Below are positions 20,901-31,072 of a DNA stretch of 64,000 bases, piece by piece. The stretch comes from an uncultured delta proteobacterium (GTDB lineage: Bacteria; Desulfobacterota; Binatia; DP-6). The first letter of the stretch is position 1. The number at the start of each line of letters is the position of its first letter. The stretch spans positions 416,001 to 480,000 of the forward strand of contig CAWFFN010000008.1 in NCBI GenBank assembly GCA_963815115.1, in the 5' to 3' direction. The translations under genes and the position numbers were made by a program. Below the pieces are notes generated by a model, which ran no database searches, was not told the origin of the DNA, and saw nothing but the letters and a program-made list of their open reading frames with translations.

Positions 20901-22384
20901 ACCCGGAGCACCAGGGACTCGGCGACCAGGTCATAGTCGCGCTCCAGCCGCCGCCGCACCGGGTCGTCCTCGTGTGCCCACAGCCCGTCGATCACCAGCG
21001 TGCCGGGCTTGCGACGGTCGACGTCGGCGATCGCCTCCTCGACCTGCTCCTTCGAGTTGTACCAGGGCAGGAGCAGCGCGAAGCGGGTCGGATTGCGCGC
21101 TCCGCTGGCGAGGTAGAGCCAGGCGTCGTCGGGATAGCTGTACATCCAGCGCTCTCCCGGCGGATCGCGCTCGACCGCCGCCCGCACCGCCGCCACCATG
21201 CGCTCGTTCGCTTCGTTGCCCGCGAACGTCCCGAAGGCCGTCTGGTAGCGGATCGGTGCGGCGTGGCGGGCGCGCTCGAGGGTCCGCATGCCCTTGGTGG
21301 ACATCGCGGTGACCAGGACGGCCACCACCACCATGCGCGGCAGCGGGCTGCGAAGCCTCGCCAGGGAGAACACCGCGGCGAGCATGCTGGCACCCGGAAT
21401 CAGGAGGAACGGCATCACGAAGCCGACCTTGATGAAGTCGGGATGGTAGAGGATGGAGAGGACGGCAAAGACGCCGAGGAGCAGCAGGCAGAGACGGACC
21501 CGCTCGACCCGGCCGAATCCCCGCCGCGTTGCGAGCGCGAGGGCGACGGCCTCGCCGACGAGAAAGAGCCGGGCCCAGCGCTGCAGCCAGAGCCAGGTGG
21601 GTGGTTCCCAGTTGAACGCATGGTCGCCCCAGGGAGGATGCGTCGCGAACACCCGGCCGTAGTTCTCGAACACGAAGGTGACGGTCGCGTAGGCGACCTG
21701 CCGGGGCGACGACGCCCACGCGGCCTGTCCGAGATCGACCCCCATGACGAGGATGGCGCCAGCCGCCAGCCAGCCGAGCTCCCGTGCCGCCGCGCGCCGG
21801 CGCGTCCCGGCGGGATGCTCGAAGGCGAGCACGACCACGGCGACGGCGGCCCAGGCAACGACGTAGACGCCGCGCTGCTGCTGGACGCACACCGCTGCCC
21901 CGGCGAGGATACCGGCCAGGGCGGGACGCAGGCGATTCGCAGGGCGCAGGCGCTCGGAGAGGAGCGCCGCGGCGGCGCCGAGCCAGAGCGTCGTCGAGAG
22001 CCAGTGGGGGCTGGCGTACGGCCAGCACGGCAGGGCGAGCATCACGAACGCCACGGACGCCACCACGGCCTCGGCAGGCCCCGCCACGCGGCGCGCGAGG
22101 ACGAAGAGCAGGCCGCACCCGATGGCGTTGACGAGGGCGTCGGCGACGCGGGCGGCAAGCAGGGTGGCGCCACCGATCGCGAGAACGCCGGCGTAGAACT
22201 GGAACGCCAGCGGCGTGAGCAGCTCGAAGAAGTCCCGGTAGATGACCTCGCCGCGGAGCACGCGCTGGGCGCCGAACAGCAGGTAGCTCTCGTCCGCCGG
22301 CCCGATGGCCAGCGGGTATGCGAGCCGATACGCCAGCGCGAGCGCCCCGAGGACCCACGGCAGCGCACGCTCGGCGCGACTCAC
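20855..22384 (-). CDS. GT-C-fold membrane glycosyltransferase-like protein (paralogue of 4496-6034)
   Basis: PADESY..RVLRGEVIYRDFFELLTPL, LPCWPYASPHW, YP..WLYL..GA.NPTR shared with the 4496-6034 protein. Confidence 0.65.
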   Translation of the reverse strand: MSRAERALPWVLGALALAYRLAYPLAIGPADESYLLFGAQRVLRGEVIYRDFFELLTPLAFQFYAGVLAIGGATLLAARVADALVNAIGCGLLFVLARRVAGPAEAVVASVAFVMLALPCWPYASPHWLSTTLWLGAAAALLSERLRPANRLRPALAGILAGAAVCVQQQRGVYVVAWAAVAVVVLAFEHPAGTRRRAAARELGWLAAGAILVMGVDLGQAAWASSPRQVAYATVTFVFENYGRVFATHPPWGDHAFNWEPPTWLWLQRWARLFLVGEAVALALATRRGFGRVERVRLCLLLLGVFAVLSILYHPDFIKVGFVMPFLLIPGASMLAAVFSLARLRSPLPRMVVVAVLVTAMSTKGMRTLERARHAAPIRYQTAFGTFAGNEANERMVAAVRAAVERDPPGERWMYSYPDDAWLYLASGARNPTRFALLLPWYNSKEQVEEAIADVDRRKPGTLVIDGLWAHEDDPVRRRLERDYDLVAESLVLRVYRRRPESAAPAPSP

Positions 22385-23532
22385 GACACGTCGCCCCGGT
22401 CCCGCCGCAGCGCCGTGTGTTGCCCGAGCCACTCCACCTCGGCCGCCACGTGTTCCCGCTCCCCTTGGAGATGGTCGGCTATCGCGGCGCGCAGGCGGAC
22501 GTCGTCGATCCAGTGCATGCTCACCGTCTCGGTCGCGTCGAAGCCACGGAGCTGCTTGAACTCCCCGCCCGCGCCGGGCTCGAAGCGCTCGAGACCCTGC
22601 GCGATGCAGTGCGCGATGCCGGCGTAGTAGCAGACGTTGAAGTGGAGATACCGCAGGTCTTGGAAGGCGCCCCAGTAGCGGCCGTACAGCGTCCTCCCCT
22701 TCTGGACGTTGAACGTGCCGGCGATCACCTCCCCGCCCCGCCGGGCCACGACGAAGCACAGATTGGCCCGGAGCCGCTCCGCCACGAGATCGAAGAAGCG
22801 CTCGTTCAGGTAGGGCCGCCCCCAGGGATTGGTGTCGACCGTGGTGCGGTAGATGCGGAACATCACCGGCAGCAGCGCTTCCGGGATGGCGTCGCCGACC
22901 AGGGTCTCGATGGTGACTCCCTGCTCGGCGAGAGCGCTCTGCTCGCGGCGCGCCTGGTTGCGGCGCTTGCTGCGGAGACTCTCCAGGTAATCGTCGAAGG
23001 TGCGAAAGCCCCGGTTCGTCCAGTGGTACTGGTAGGCCGTGCGCCGGAGCCAGCCCCGCACCCAGAGCGCCACCTGGTCGTCCTCGGGACAGAAGTTCAC
23101 GTGCACCGACGAGAAGCCCTGGCGGCTGCAGGCGTTCTCGAGGACCCCTGCGAGGACGGCGGCGACACGGGGATGCGCCCCGGGCGCGGCGAGGAAGCGC
23201 TGGCCGGCCACGGGCGTGAAGGGCACCGCGACCAGCAGCTTCGGGTAGTACGGGATGCGCGCGCGGGCGGCGGCGGACGCCCAGTGGTGGTCGAAGACGA
23301 ACTCGCCCTGGCTGTGGCTCTTCACGTACAGCGGGCAGGCGCCGATCAGGCGATCGTCGTCCCACACCGTCAGGTGCTGCGGCAGCCATCCCGCGTCGCG
23401 GCCGACCGCTCCGGACTCCTCGAGCGCGGAGAGCCAATCCCATTCGAGGAACGGCGACCCCGCCCCGACCAGCGCGTTCCAGGCGTCGCGCGGAACGTCG
23501 CGCAGCGCACTGCAGGTCCGGACGGTCGTCAC
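22381..23532 (-). CDS. GNAT/FemAB-like protein (DUF482 type)
   Basis: YVKSHSQGEFVFDHHWA, YYPKLLVAVPFTP, LYGRYWG, LHFNVCYY, FEPGAGGE.K..RGF. Confidence 0.85.
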   Translation of the reverse strand: MTTVRTCSALRDVPRDAWNALVGAGSPFLEWDWLSALEESGAVGRDAGWLPQHLTVWDDDRLIGACPLYVKSHSQGEFVFDHHWASAAARARIPYYPKLLVAVPFTPVAGQRFLAAPGAHPRVAAVLAGVLENACSRQGFSSVHVNFCPEDDQVALWVRGWLRRTAYQYHWTNRGFRTFDDYLESLRSKRRNQARREQSALAEQGVTIETLVGDAIPEALLPVMFRIYRTTVDTNPWGRPYLNERFFDLVAERLRANLCFVVARRGGEVIAGTFNVQKGRTLYGRYWGAFQDLRYLHFNVCYYAGIAHCIAQGLERFEPGAGGEFKQLRGFDATETVSMHWIDDVRLRAAIADHLQGEREHVAAEVEWLGQHTALRRDRGDVS

Positions 23533-23626
23533 CGCGATGGCCTCTTTCCTGGATGAGGGCCCGGGCCGGCGCCGCCGACGCGCGCCGCCGCTCCCGAGCC
23601 GAGCCCGACCCGCATCGTCGCGGGTG

Positions 23627-24476
23627 CTAGGAGGCGAACGCCTGCGCCACCCCGGCGTAGCGGTCGAGCAGCGACAGCACCTTCTCGGGACCCGCCGGCG
23701 GCAGCGCGAAGATCGCGCGCGTGACCCTGGCGTCGCGCAGCCGCTCGAGCTGCTCGGCGTCGGCAGGCGTGCCGTAGACGTTGACCGAGATGCTCTCCGG
23801 GTCGCGGCCCTTCTCGGTCGCGAGCCGCCGCAGGGCGGCGATCTCGCCGGCCAGATCGCCCGCGCGCAAGCCGATGGGGATCCAGCCGTCGCAGTAGTCG
23901 ACCACGCGGGCAAGCGCCTTCGGACCGTGCGCCCCGAGGATGACGGGCGGATGGGGCCGCTGCACCGGCTTGGGCCACGACCAGATCGGGTCGAAGCTGA
24001 CGAACTCGCCGTCGAAGCTCGCCTCGTCCTCGGTCCAGATCGCCTTCAGCGCCAGGACGCGCTCCTTGAGCAGCTTCCACCTGGTGCGAAAGACGGTCCC
24101 GTGATGCTCCATCTCCTCGGCGTTCCAGCCCGCGCCGATCCCGAAGAGCACGCGGCCGTCCGAGAGCTGATCGAGGGATGCCACCTCCTTCGCCGTGATG
24201 ATCGGATCGCGCTCGATCAGCAGGCAGATGCCGGATGCCACCTTGATGCGCGTGGTGGCCGCCGCCGCCGCGGCGAGCGCCACGAAGAGGTCGAGGGTGT
24301 GAGAGTACTCCTTCGGCAGCACGGGCCCGCCCGGCCACGGGCTGCGCCGCGAGGTCGGGATGTGGGTGTGCTCGGGAAACCACACCGGACTCGAAGCCGC
24401 GCGCTTCGGCCTCGCGCGCCAGCACGTCGGGGCGGATGGCGTAGTGGGTGGGAAACATCTGGACGCCGAAGAGCAT
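23627..24476 (-). pseudogene. LLM-class F420-dependent oxidoreductase, frameshifted as sequenced
   Basis: MLFGVQMFPT..EARGFES then a +1 shift at about 24385 to WFPEHTHIP..AKEVASLD.LS.GR..GAGWN.EE..PKPVQ.PHPP. Confidence 0.8.
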
Positions 24477-24508
24477 GGCGTCCCGGCTACGCCCGTCTCC
24501 CCGGCGGG

Positions 24509-25318
24509 TCAAGGCGACGATTGCGGCGAGATGCGCGCAGCCCACGCGCCGCCCCAGCGGCGCTCCCGCATCCAGCGGACCACGGCGATCGTGACGGCGA
24601 CGGCGAGCGTGGCGATCGGAATGCCGAGCTGGAGCGAGCCGGGTCGAGGATCGTAGCGCAGCTGTTCGATGGCCACCTTCGCGATCGGTCCGAGGATGCA
24701 CGCCAGCAGCAGGACCGAACCCGGGCGAGCGCCGCGACGCATGGCCCGGAGCAGCACGAGCAGGATCGCGGCCGCGGTGAGCGAGAACATCCATGCCAGC
24801 GGCAGCACGGGGACTCCGGGAGCGCCCGGTCGGATCAATCCCTGTCCGACCTCGAGGCCGTATGCGAGACTTCCCGGGCCCGGCGTCACGCAGATGCCGA
24901 GCGCCCAGGGCGGACAGGGCAGGCCGGGACAGCACCCGCACGCGATGCAGGCGACGCGGCCGACGGCCGCCGTCGTCATCATGCCGATCGCGAGCGCGTC
25001 ACCGGTCTCCCGCCAACGCACCCGGAACACCAGGCACCAGATGCCGGCGAGCACTCCACCGACGAGGACGCCGAGCGGCAGCCGCGTGCCGGCATCGAGC
25101 AGCTCCGACGGTCCGAGCTGGAGCGCGGCGGGCACGGAGAGGATCTCGAGCCGTTGCTGCCATCGCGCCCCCACGAAGAGTCCCACGCACGCCACCAGCA
25201 GCGCGCCGACGGCGGCAGGCGTCCGGCAGCTCCGCCGTCGCAGGACCTCGAGCGCGACCACCATGCCGGCCACGATCCCGAGGAACCACAGGCGCAGGTA
25301 GAGCTGCTCGGGGGTCAT
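24509..25318 (-). CDS. Divergent prolipoprotein diacylglyceryl transferase (Lgt)-like membrane protein
   Basis: About 7 TMs; GAR, GxxxGG, DALA, GRVACxxxGCCxG, ExLR pattern as in Lgt; HPxQLYE motif absent. Confidence 0.6.
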   Translation of the reverse strand: MTPEQLYLRLWFLGIVAGMVVALEVLRRRSCRTPAAVGALLVACVGLFVGARWQQRLEILSVPAALQLGPSELLDAGTRLPLGVLVGGVLAGIWCLVFRVRWRETGDALAIGMMTTAAVGRVACIACGCCPGLPCPPWALGICVTPGPGSLAYGLEVGQGLIRPGAPGVPVLPLAWMFSLTAAAILLVLLRAMRRGARPGSVLLLACILGPIAKVAIEQLRYDPRPGSLQLGIPIATLAVAVTIAVVRWMRERRWGGAWAARISPQSSP

Positions 25319-25324
25319 CCGGAT

Positions 25325-26866
25325 CTACTGACAGGTCGCAACGAGCACGGTGTTCAACCCGATCGGCGGAATGGGCGGGGGGTCATCAGCCGTGACGAAG
25401 GGGTAGGTAGACAGCCCCAATCCCAGGGCCTTGCCGGTGGCCAACGAGGTCAGCTTGAAACTCTCGAACGGGTTGCCGCCACTCAAGAGGAATCTCTCCG
25501 CAACTTCCACCACCGTGCCCGTCGCGTAGACCCCGGAAGGGCCGGCCAGCCAGTACTTGTTGTCCTGCACAGACTGGATCGCCACCCACATCGTAGCGGG
25601 CCATGGCCCCGGACCCAGGTTGATCACCCGGAACAGTGACCGCGGGTTTCCCTCCCAGTTGACAGAGACCGCTCCTGTGCTCGGATCGGACCCAATCGTC
25701 TCCCAGTTCACGTATGGAAACCTGAAGGTCACCGGGCGATTCCCACAGATGAACAGCGGCTGGCACACCTCCCACGGGTACGAGCTGCTGACGAACGTGC
25801 AGAACCCCTGCTCGCACCCCAGCGGGCACGAGGCCACACCGACCGGATTGTGCGTACAACCGCTGCTCGCAACGCAGCCGTCCGCCGTGCAGGGATTTCC
25901 GTCGTCGCAGCTCACGCCGGCGCCCCCGACGCAGGCACCATTCTGGCAGAAGTCGCCCGTCGTGCACGCGTTGTTGTCGTTGCATGACCCGCCGACCGGC
26001 GTGTGCCGGCACCCGGCCGCCGCATCGCAGCTGTCCGCCGTGCACACGTTGCCGTCGTCGCAGTTCGGCGCGGGTCCGCCGACGCACGCGCCGCCCTGGC
26101 AGCTGTCGCTCGTCGTGCACGCGTTGCCGTCGTTGCACGAGCCGCTCGCCGGCCGGTAGCACGCGCCGTTGCTGCAGAAGTCCTTGGTGCAGGGATTCCC
26201 GTCGGCGGCGCAGGCGTTGGCGTTGTTGGCGTGCACGCACTGTCCGCTTCCCGTGTTGCACGAGTCGTCGGTGCAGAAGTTGCCATCGTCGCAGTTTCGA
26301 TTGCAGCAACTCGCACAGCCGGCACAGCCAGGCATACACGCGATATGAAGTAGGTCATCCGAGTAAAATACCCCGGTAGCAGTCGAGTTCTGGTCCACCT
26401 CGTGACTTTCGACGTATACGACTCGCGGCTCTGCCGGGAGCGGTGCGGATTCAGCAAGACATGACTGGCCCGGATAGCAGAACGCCCCCGCACCAGTCTG
26501 GAGACAGCCGGGAATGCTCACACTCGACCAAAGGCACGTATTGTTGGCATCCATGATGCGCACTATCAGTTCGCGAATGTCCTCGTTTCCGTTCGCACTG
26601 AAGGTCCCGTACACCTGGACCTTCCGGCTATAGCCAGTGGCGGTGCACACGGGAGCATAGACGATCCTCGTCGTGTGCCCCCCGTGGTTGAACTGCGCCA
26701 CCGTGCTATCGTTGCCTATCTTCTTTTCGCACCAGCAGTCGCCGTCGACGCCAGACGGCGTACAGCCCGGCTGGCACGACCAGGCGTCACAGGAGTCCGC
26801 CAGAGCTCCCCGCGCACCGGCGAGTTGCAGCACGGCCACGAGGGCCGCGGTCAGCAGTCGTCGCAT
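25325..26866 (-). CDS. Secreted Cys-rich repeat protein with possible C-terminal beta-trefoil
   Basis: Signal peptide MRRLLTAAL..ALA; six CxD(G/N)NxCTxDxC repeats; N- and C-terminal parts visibly more AT-rich than the flanks. Confidence 0.75.
   Translation of the reverse strand: MRRLLTAALVAVLQLAGARGALADSCDAWSCQPGCTPSGVDGDCWCEKKIGNDSTVAQFNHGGHTTRIVYAPVCTATGYSRKVQVYGTFSANGNEDIRELIVRIMDANNTCLWSSVSIPGCLQTGAGAFCYPGQSCLAESAPLPAEPRVVYVESHEVDQNSTATGVFYSDDLLHIACMPGCAGCASCCNRNCDDGNFCTDDSCNTGSGQCVHANNANACAADGNPCTKDFCSNGACYRPASGSCNDGNACTTSDSCQGGACVGGPAPNCDDGNVCTADSCDAAAGCRHTPVGGSCNDNNACTTGDFCQNGACVGGAGVSCDDGNPCTADGCVASSGCTHNPVGVASCPLGCEQGFCTFVSSSYPWEVCQPLFICGNRPVTFRFPYVNWETIGSDPSTGAVSVNWEGNPRSLFRVINLGPGPWPATMWVAIQSVQDNKYWLAGPSGVYATGTVVEVAERFLLSGGNPFESFKLTSLATGKALGLGLSTYPFVTADDPPPIPPIGLNTVLVATCQ
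25845..26293 (-). repeat. Six Cys-rich repeats of about 25 aa (CDDGNxCTxDxC, Dictyostelium-type)
   Basis: CDDGNFCTDDSC, CAADGNPCTKDFC, CNDGNACTTSDSC, CDDGNVCTADSC, CNDNNACTTGDFC, CDDGNPCTADGC. Confidence 0.8.
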
Positions 26867-27030
26867 AGCAATCCCCCGCTCTTGAGTGCTTGCCATATAC
26901 CCAAGCACTCATGCCACCGATCGAGCAGGCCTTCGCTACGCGAACGGCGAGGCGGAGGTCAAGCGAAAAACGCATCGCACCTGCGATCCGACGCGAGACC
27001 GGACCGCAGGTGCGAGCGGAGAAGGGGCGC

Positions 27031-28227
27031 TCAGACCCTGTCGGGCTTGCGGTACACGGCGACGACGGCCGCACCGCCCAGCCCCAGGTTGTGCTGGAGG
27101 GCGACCTTGGCATCCTTCACCTGGCGCTTGTCCGCCTGTCCGCGCAGCTGCCAGTTGAGCTCCGCGCACTGGGCGAGGCCGGTGGCGCCGAGGGGATGGC
27201 CCTTCGAGATGAGACCGCCCGAGGGGTTCACCACCCACTGGCCGCCGTAGGTGACGGCACCGGAGTCGATCAGCTCGCCGCCCTTGCCGGGCTCGCACAG
27301 GCCGAGGCCCTCGTAGGTGACGAGCTCGTTGGTCGAGAAGCAGTCGTGCAGCTCGATGACGTCCACGTTCTCGGGCCCGAGGCCGGACTGCCGGTAGACC
27401 TGCTCCGCCGCCTTGCGGGTCATGTCCTGGCCGATCAGCTTGATGCAGCTCTTCTCGCTCAGCGTGGTCTCGAAGTCCGTGGTCATCGCCATGCCCGCGA
27501 TCTCGATGGCGTGGCCCCACAGATCGTGCTTCGCGACGAAGTCCTCGCTCGCCAGGATCGCGGCCGCCGCGCCATCCGACGTGGGGCAGCACTGCAGCTT
27601 GGTCAGCGGCTCGTACACCATCGGCGCCGCCTGGATCTGCTCCAGCGTGTAGTCGTCCTGGAACTGGGAATACGGGTTGTTCACCGAGTGCTTGTGGTTC
27701 TTGTGCGCGATCTTCGCGAAGTGCTCGGGCGTGGTTCCGTAGCGCTCCATGTGCTCGCGGCCGGCGTTGCCGAAGAACTGCGCCGTGGGTGGCGACGGGG
27801 CGAAGCCGCGCAGCGACACCATGAGCTCGAACTGCTTGTCCATCGGGTTCGTGCGGTCGGTGAACTTCGCGCCCAGCGAGCCCTTCTCCATCTTCTCGAA
27901 GCCCATCGCGAGGACGCAGTCGGCGAGGCCGCCCTCGACGAACTGCTTTGCCATGAAGAGCGCCGTCGAGCCCGTCGAGCAGTTGTTGTTCACGTTGTAG
28001 ACCGGGATGCCGGTCATGCCGAGCTGATAGACGGCGCGCTGGCCGCAGGTGGAGTCGCCGAAGCAGTAGCCGACCGCCGCCTGCTCGACCGCGGTGTACG
28101 GAATCCCGGCGTCCGCGAGCGCCTTCTCGCCGGCCTCCTTCGCCATGTCGGGATAGTCCCAGGCCTTGGAGCCGGGCTTCTCGAACTTCGTCATGCCGAC
28201 CCCGATCACGTACACCTTGCGACCCAT
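27031..28227 (-). CDS. SCP-x-type thiolase (lipid-transfer protein)
   Basis: [59 protein letters not shown]. Confidence 0.92.
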   Translation of the reverse strand: MGRKVYVIGVGMTKFEKPGSKAWDYPDMAKEAGEKALADAGIPYTAVEQAAVGYCFGDSTCGQRAVYQLGMTGIPVYNVNNNCSTGSTALFMAKQFVEGGLADCVLAMGFEKMEKGSLGAKFTDRTNPMDKQFELMVSLRGFAPSPPTAQFFGNAGREHMERYGTTPEHFAKIAHKNHKHSVNNPYSQFQDDYTLEQIQAAPMVYEPLTKLQCCPTSDGAAAAILASEDFVAKHDLWGHAIEIAGMAMTTDFETTLSEKSCIKLIGQDMTRKAAEQVYRQSGLGPENVDVIELHDCFSTNELVTYEGLGLCEPGKGGELIDSGAVTYGGQWVVNPSGGLISKGHPLGATGLAQCAELNWQLRGQADKRQVKDAKVALQHNLGLGGAAVVAVYRKPDRV

Positions 28228-28360
28228 GCGTTGCGTCTCCTTCTCGTGCGCTCGCGGCCGGTCGGGCACCTGCCCACTGGCCGCGGCGGGGGGAGCCTGC
28301 CACACCTCGTGAGCGGAGGCCAACTCCCGCGATGGCGGCGCGGGGTGTACTCTGCGGCGC

Positions 28361-29881
28361 ATGACGGGCGACTCCGAGGGGATCGCGACCTATCACGAGC
28401 AGACCAAGCACTCCCCCGCCCGGCTGCGCAGCGACCCGCATGCCCTCGACTGGGCCATCATGCCGCGGCCCTTCAAGGTCTATCCCGACCTGGAGCCGCT
28501 CGCCTTGCCCCGGGACGTCGCCGCCTCCACGCGACCCGCGCTCGCCTCCCTGCTCGACGCGGGCCCGGCGAGCGGCCGGCCGCTGGACCGCGCGGCGCTC
28601 GCCCGCCTGCTCTACTTCTCCGCCGGCGTGCTGCGGCGGCGGACCTATCCGGGCGGCGAGATCTTCTTCCGCGCCGCCGCCTGCACCGGCGCGCTCTACC
28701 ACATCGATCTCTATGTCGTGTGCGCGGCGCTGCCGGAGCTCGACGCCGGCGTGTACCACTTCGGGCCCCACGACTTTGCCCTCCGCCGCTTGCGCGCCGG
28801 CGACCACCGTGCCGTGCTCGTCGCCGCAGGCGCCGGCGAACAGACGCTGGAGGACGCCCCCGCGGTGCTGGTCTACACCAGCACGTTCTGGCGCAACGCC
28901 TGGAAGTATCGCGCGCGGACCTACCGGCACTGCTTCTGGGACGCCGGCACCATCCTCGCGAACCTCCTCGCCGTGGCGGCCGGGGCCGCGCTGCCGGCGC
29001 GGGTCGTGCAGAGCTTCGTCGACGCCGACGTGAACCGCCTGCTCGATCTCGACGTCGAGCGCGAGGTCGCGCTCGGCCTCGTCGCGCTCGGCACCGGTGC
29101 GCCGCCTCCGCCACCGCCACCCGCGACCCCGCCGCTCGGTCTCGTCACGCTGCCGCCGTCGTCGCGCGAGGTCGCCTACCCGCTGATCGGCCTCGCGCAC
29201 GCGGCGACCTCGCTCGCCTCGCCGGAGCAGGTCGTCGCGGCCCGCGTTCCGGTGCCGGCATCCTCCGTGGACGGCTCCGGCATCGCCCTGCAACCGCTCG
29301 CCGCCGACGCGGTCCCGGAGCCGATCGAGACGGTGATCGTGCGCCGCGGCTCGACGCGGCGGTTCCCGCGCGAGCCGGTCGGGCTCGCGGAGCTGGCCAC
29401 CGTCTTGCGCGCCGCCGTGCAGCCGCTCGCCACCGACTGTCCCGTCACGCCGGAGCCCTACCTCATCGTGCACGCCGTCGACGGGCTCGAGCCGGGCACC
29501 TACGTCCTCGACACCGCGCGACTCGCGCTCGTCCCGCTCCGGGCAGGGCGCTTCCGCGGCGAGGCCGGCCACCTCGGCCTCGGCCAGGAGCTGCCCGCCG
29601 ACGCCTCCTTCAACGTCTACTGGCTGGTCGACCTCGAGGCCACGCTGGCGCGCCAGGGCGCCCGGGGTTACCGCGCCGCGCAGCTCGCGGCCGCGGTCGC
29701 CGGCGGCCGCACCTACCTCGCCGCATACGCGCTCGGACTCGGCGCCACCGGCCTCACCTTCTTCGACGACGACGTCACGGCGTTCTTCTCTCCGCACGCC
29801 GAGGGCAAGAGCGTCATGTTCCTGATGGCCGTCGGACGGCGTCCCGGGCAAGGACGTGCGGCCGGGCCGGCCCGAGGGTAG
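28361..29881 (+). CDS. SagB/ThcOx-like tandem nitroreductase-domain protein
   Basis: [29 protein letters not shown], second domain [22 protein letters not shown]. Confidence 0.8.
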   Translation: MTGDSEGIATYHEQTKHSPARLRSDPHALDWAIMPRPFKVYPDLEPLALPRDVAASTRPALASLLDAGPASGRPLDRAALARLLYFSAGVLRRRTYPGGEIFFRAAACTGALYHIDLYVVCAALPELDAGVYHFGPHDFALRRLRAGDHRAVLVAAGAGEQTLEDAPAVLVYTSTFWRNAWKYRARTYRHCFWDAGTILANLLAVAAGAALPARVVQSFVDADVNRLLDLDVEREVALGLVALGTGAPPPPPPPATPPLGLVTLPPSSREVAYPLIGLAHAATSLASPEQVVAARVPVPASSVDGSGIALQPLAADAVPEPIETVIVRRGSTRRFPREPVGLAELATVLRAAVQPLATDCPVTPEPYLIVHAVDGLEPGTYVLDTARLALVPLRAGRFRGEAGHLGLGQELPADASFNVYWLVDLEATLARQGARGYRAAQLAAAVAGGRTYLAAYALGLGATGLTFFDDDVTAFFSPHAEGKSVMFLMAVGRRPGQGRAAGPARG

Positions 29882-29962
29882 GAGTCCACGTCCAAGGCAA
29901 CGGGCGCAGCCGTCCGGCGAGGCCCTCTCGAGGAGCCTTCGCCGCCTACCGGACCGCGGGCA

Positions 29963-30601
29963 CTACCAGACGACTGCCGATGAGGCTCTGAGTGAACCCA
30001 AATTCCTGTCCGCGAGCGGCCCAACCCCAACGTAGGGGTTTCCTGCGAAGCCCGGGCCAGGAAACAGCAAGACGGCAGTATTTACAATAAGGGACTTTGC
30101 TCGATTATTAAAGTTGAAAAAGCTGAAGTCTGGATACGCCCATCCGCCACTTAGGCAGATCACCTTACCTCTGAAATCTTGCGCTCCATACAGCCATACC
30201 GAATGCTCGGCGGGTCCCAGCTCCGGATCGTAGCCCCTATCGGGATGCTGCGGGTCATCGAGTAGATCCGGGATTTGGGCCAGCGTTTTCCCGTGCTTCC
30301 CGAGAGCTCGCAAGCATCTCTGCATCGCAGCCGTGACCTCCGCTTGCTGCAGATCCTCGAGCATCTCCGCGTCGGGAGCCGAGCTCCCGGCCCGCCCCTG
30401 CAGGGCATCAAGGCGCTTTTTCACTTCGTCCTCGTATGGACTCAGCGCTGTACGCAATAGGGCGTCGGTAGTGAAGCCGCGCCGGGCCCCCGCAGCGGCG
30501 GTCGCAGGGGTTGCCAACACGAAGAGACCGCCGGCGCCGTCGAACGTCCCCTGATCCACCTGTTGAGAATCGATGAAGAAGCTCATCGCTATCTCGTTCA
30601 T
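29963..30601 (-). CDS. Hypothetical protein with C-terminal beta/gamma-crystallin-like motifs, atypical composition
   Basis: GGAG SD; WLYGAQDFRG..FNNRAKSLIV..LFPGPGFAG..ASSAVV; AT-rich codons. Confidence 0.55.
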   Translation of the reverse strand: MNEIAMSFFIDSQQVDQGTFDGAGGLFVLATPATAAAGARRGFTTDALLRTALSPYEDEVKKRLDALQGRAGSSAPDAEMLEDLQQAEVTAAMQRCLRALGKHGKTLAQIPDLLDDPQHPDRGYDPELGPAEHSVWLYGAQDFRGKVICLSGGWAYPDFSFFNFNNRAKSLIVNTAVLLFPGPGFAGNPYVGVGPLADRNLGSLRASSAVVW

Positions 30602-31072
30602 CGCCGTCTCCTTTCTAGCATCTTGATCAAGGGGAGGCGTCGGGACGGATATCCCGAAACTACGTGTGGCGACAAGAGGTGGCGGCGGTCTGCGAGAGAT
30701 CGATCTGCGTCCAGCTGATCCACAAGACGCTCGCCGCGTGACGCGGGAGGAGAGGACGCATCGACATGACGCTGCGTCGTGCCGCTCGACGCGATGCGCT
30801 TGACGCCGCCGGCGCGCGCTAGACGGCACCGGAGAGGAAGACCGCCGCCTGACCGGCCGCCTTGCCCCCGCCAACGGCGGGCGTCCTCGAAGGCCCACGC
30901 CTTGTCGAACGGCAATGCCGCTCGAATCGTACCTGGTCGGTGGACGACGCCCGGACGCTCGCCGAGCACCACATCCGGATCGGGGTTCAGCGCGTGCTCG
31001 AGCCGCACGGCGGTGACACCGCCACGGTGGCCCACGCGGTCCGACGAGCGCCCCGCCGAGGCATCCATCTCC

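Noticed and set aside
28361-29881. SagB-like dehydrogenase plus tldD/tldE as a RiPP (azole) cluster
   Set aside because: No YcaO, precursor peptide or transporter nearby; tldDE is over 30 kb away and commonly housekeeping
30598-31068. 156-aa minus-strand ORF after the epoxide hydrolase
   Set aside because: No recognisable motif and composition like non-coding frames; not called as a CDS
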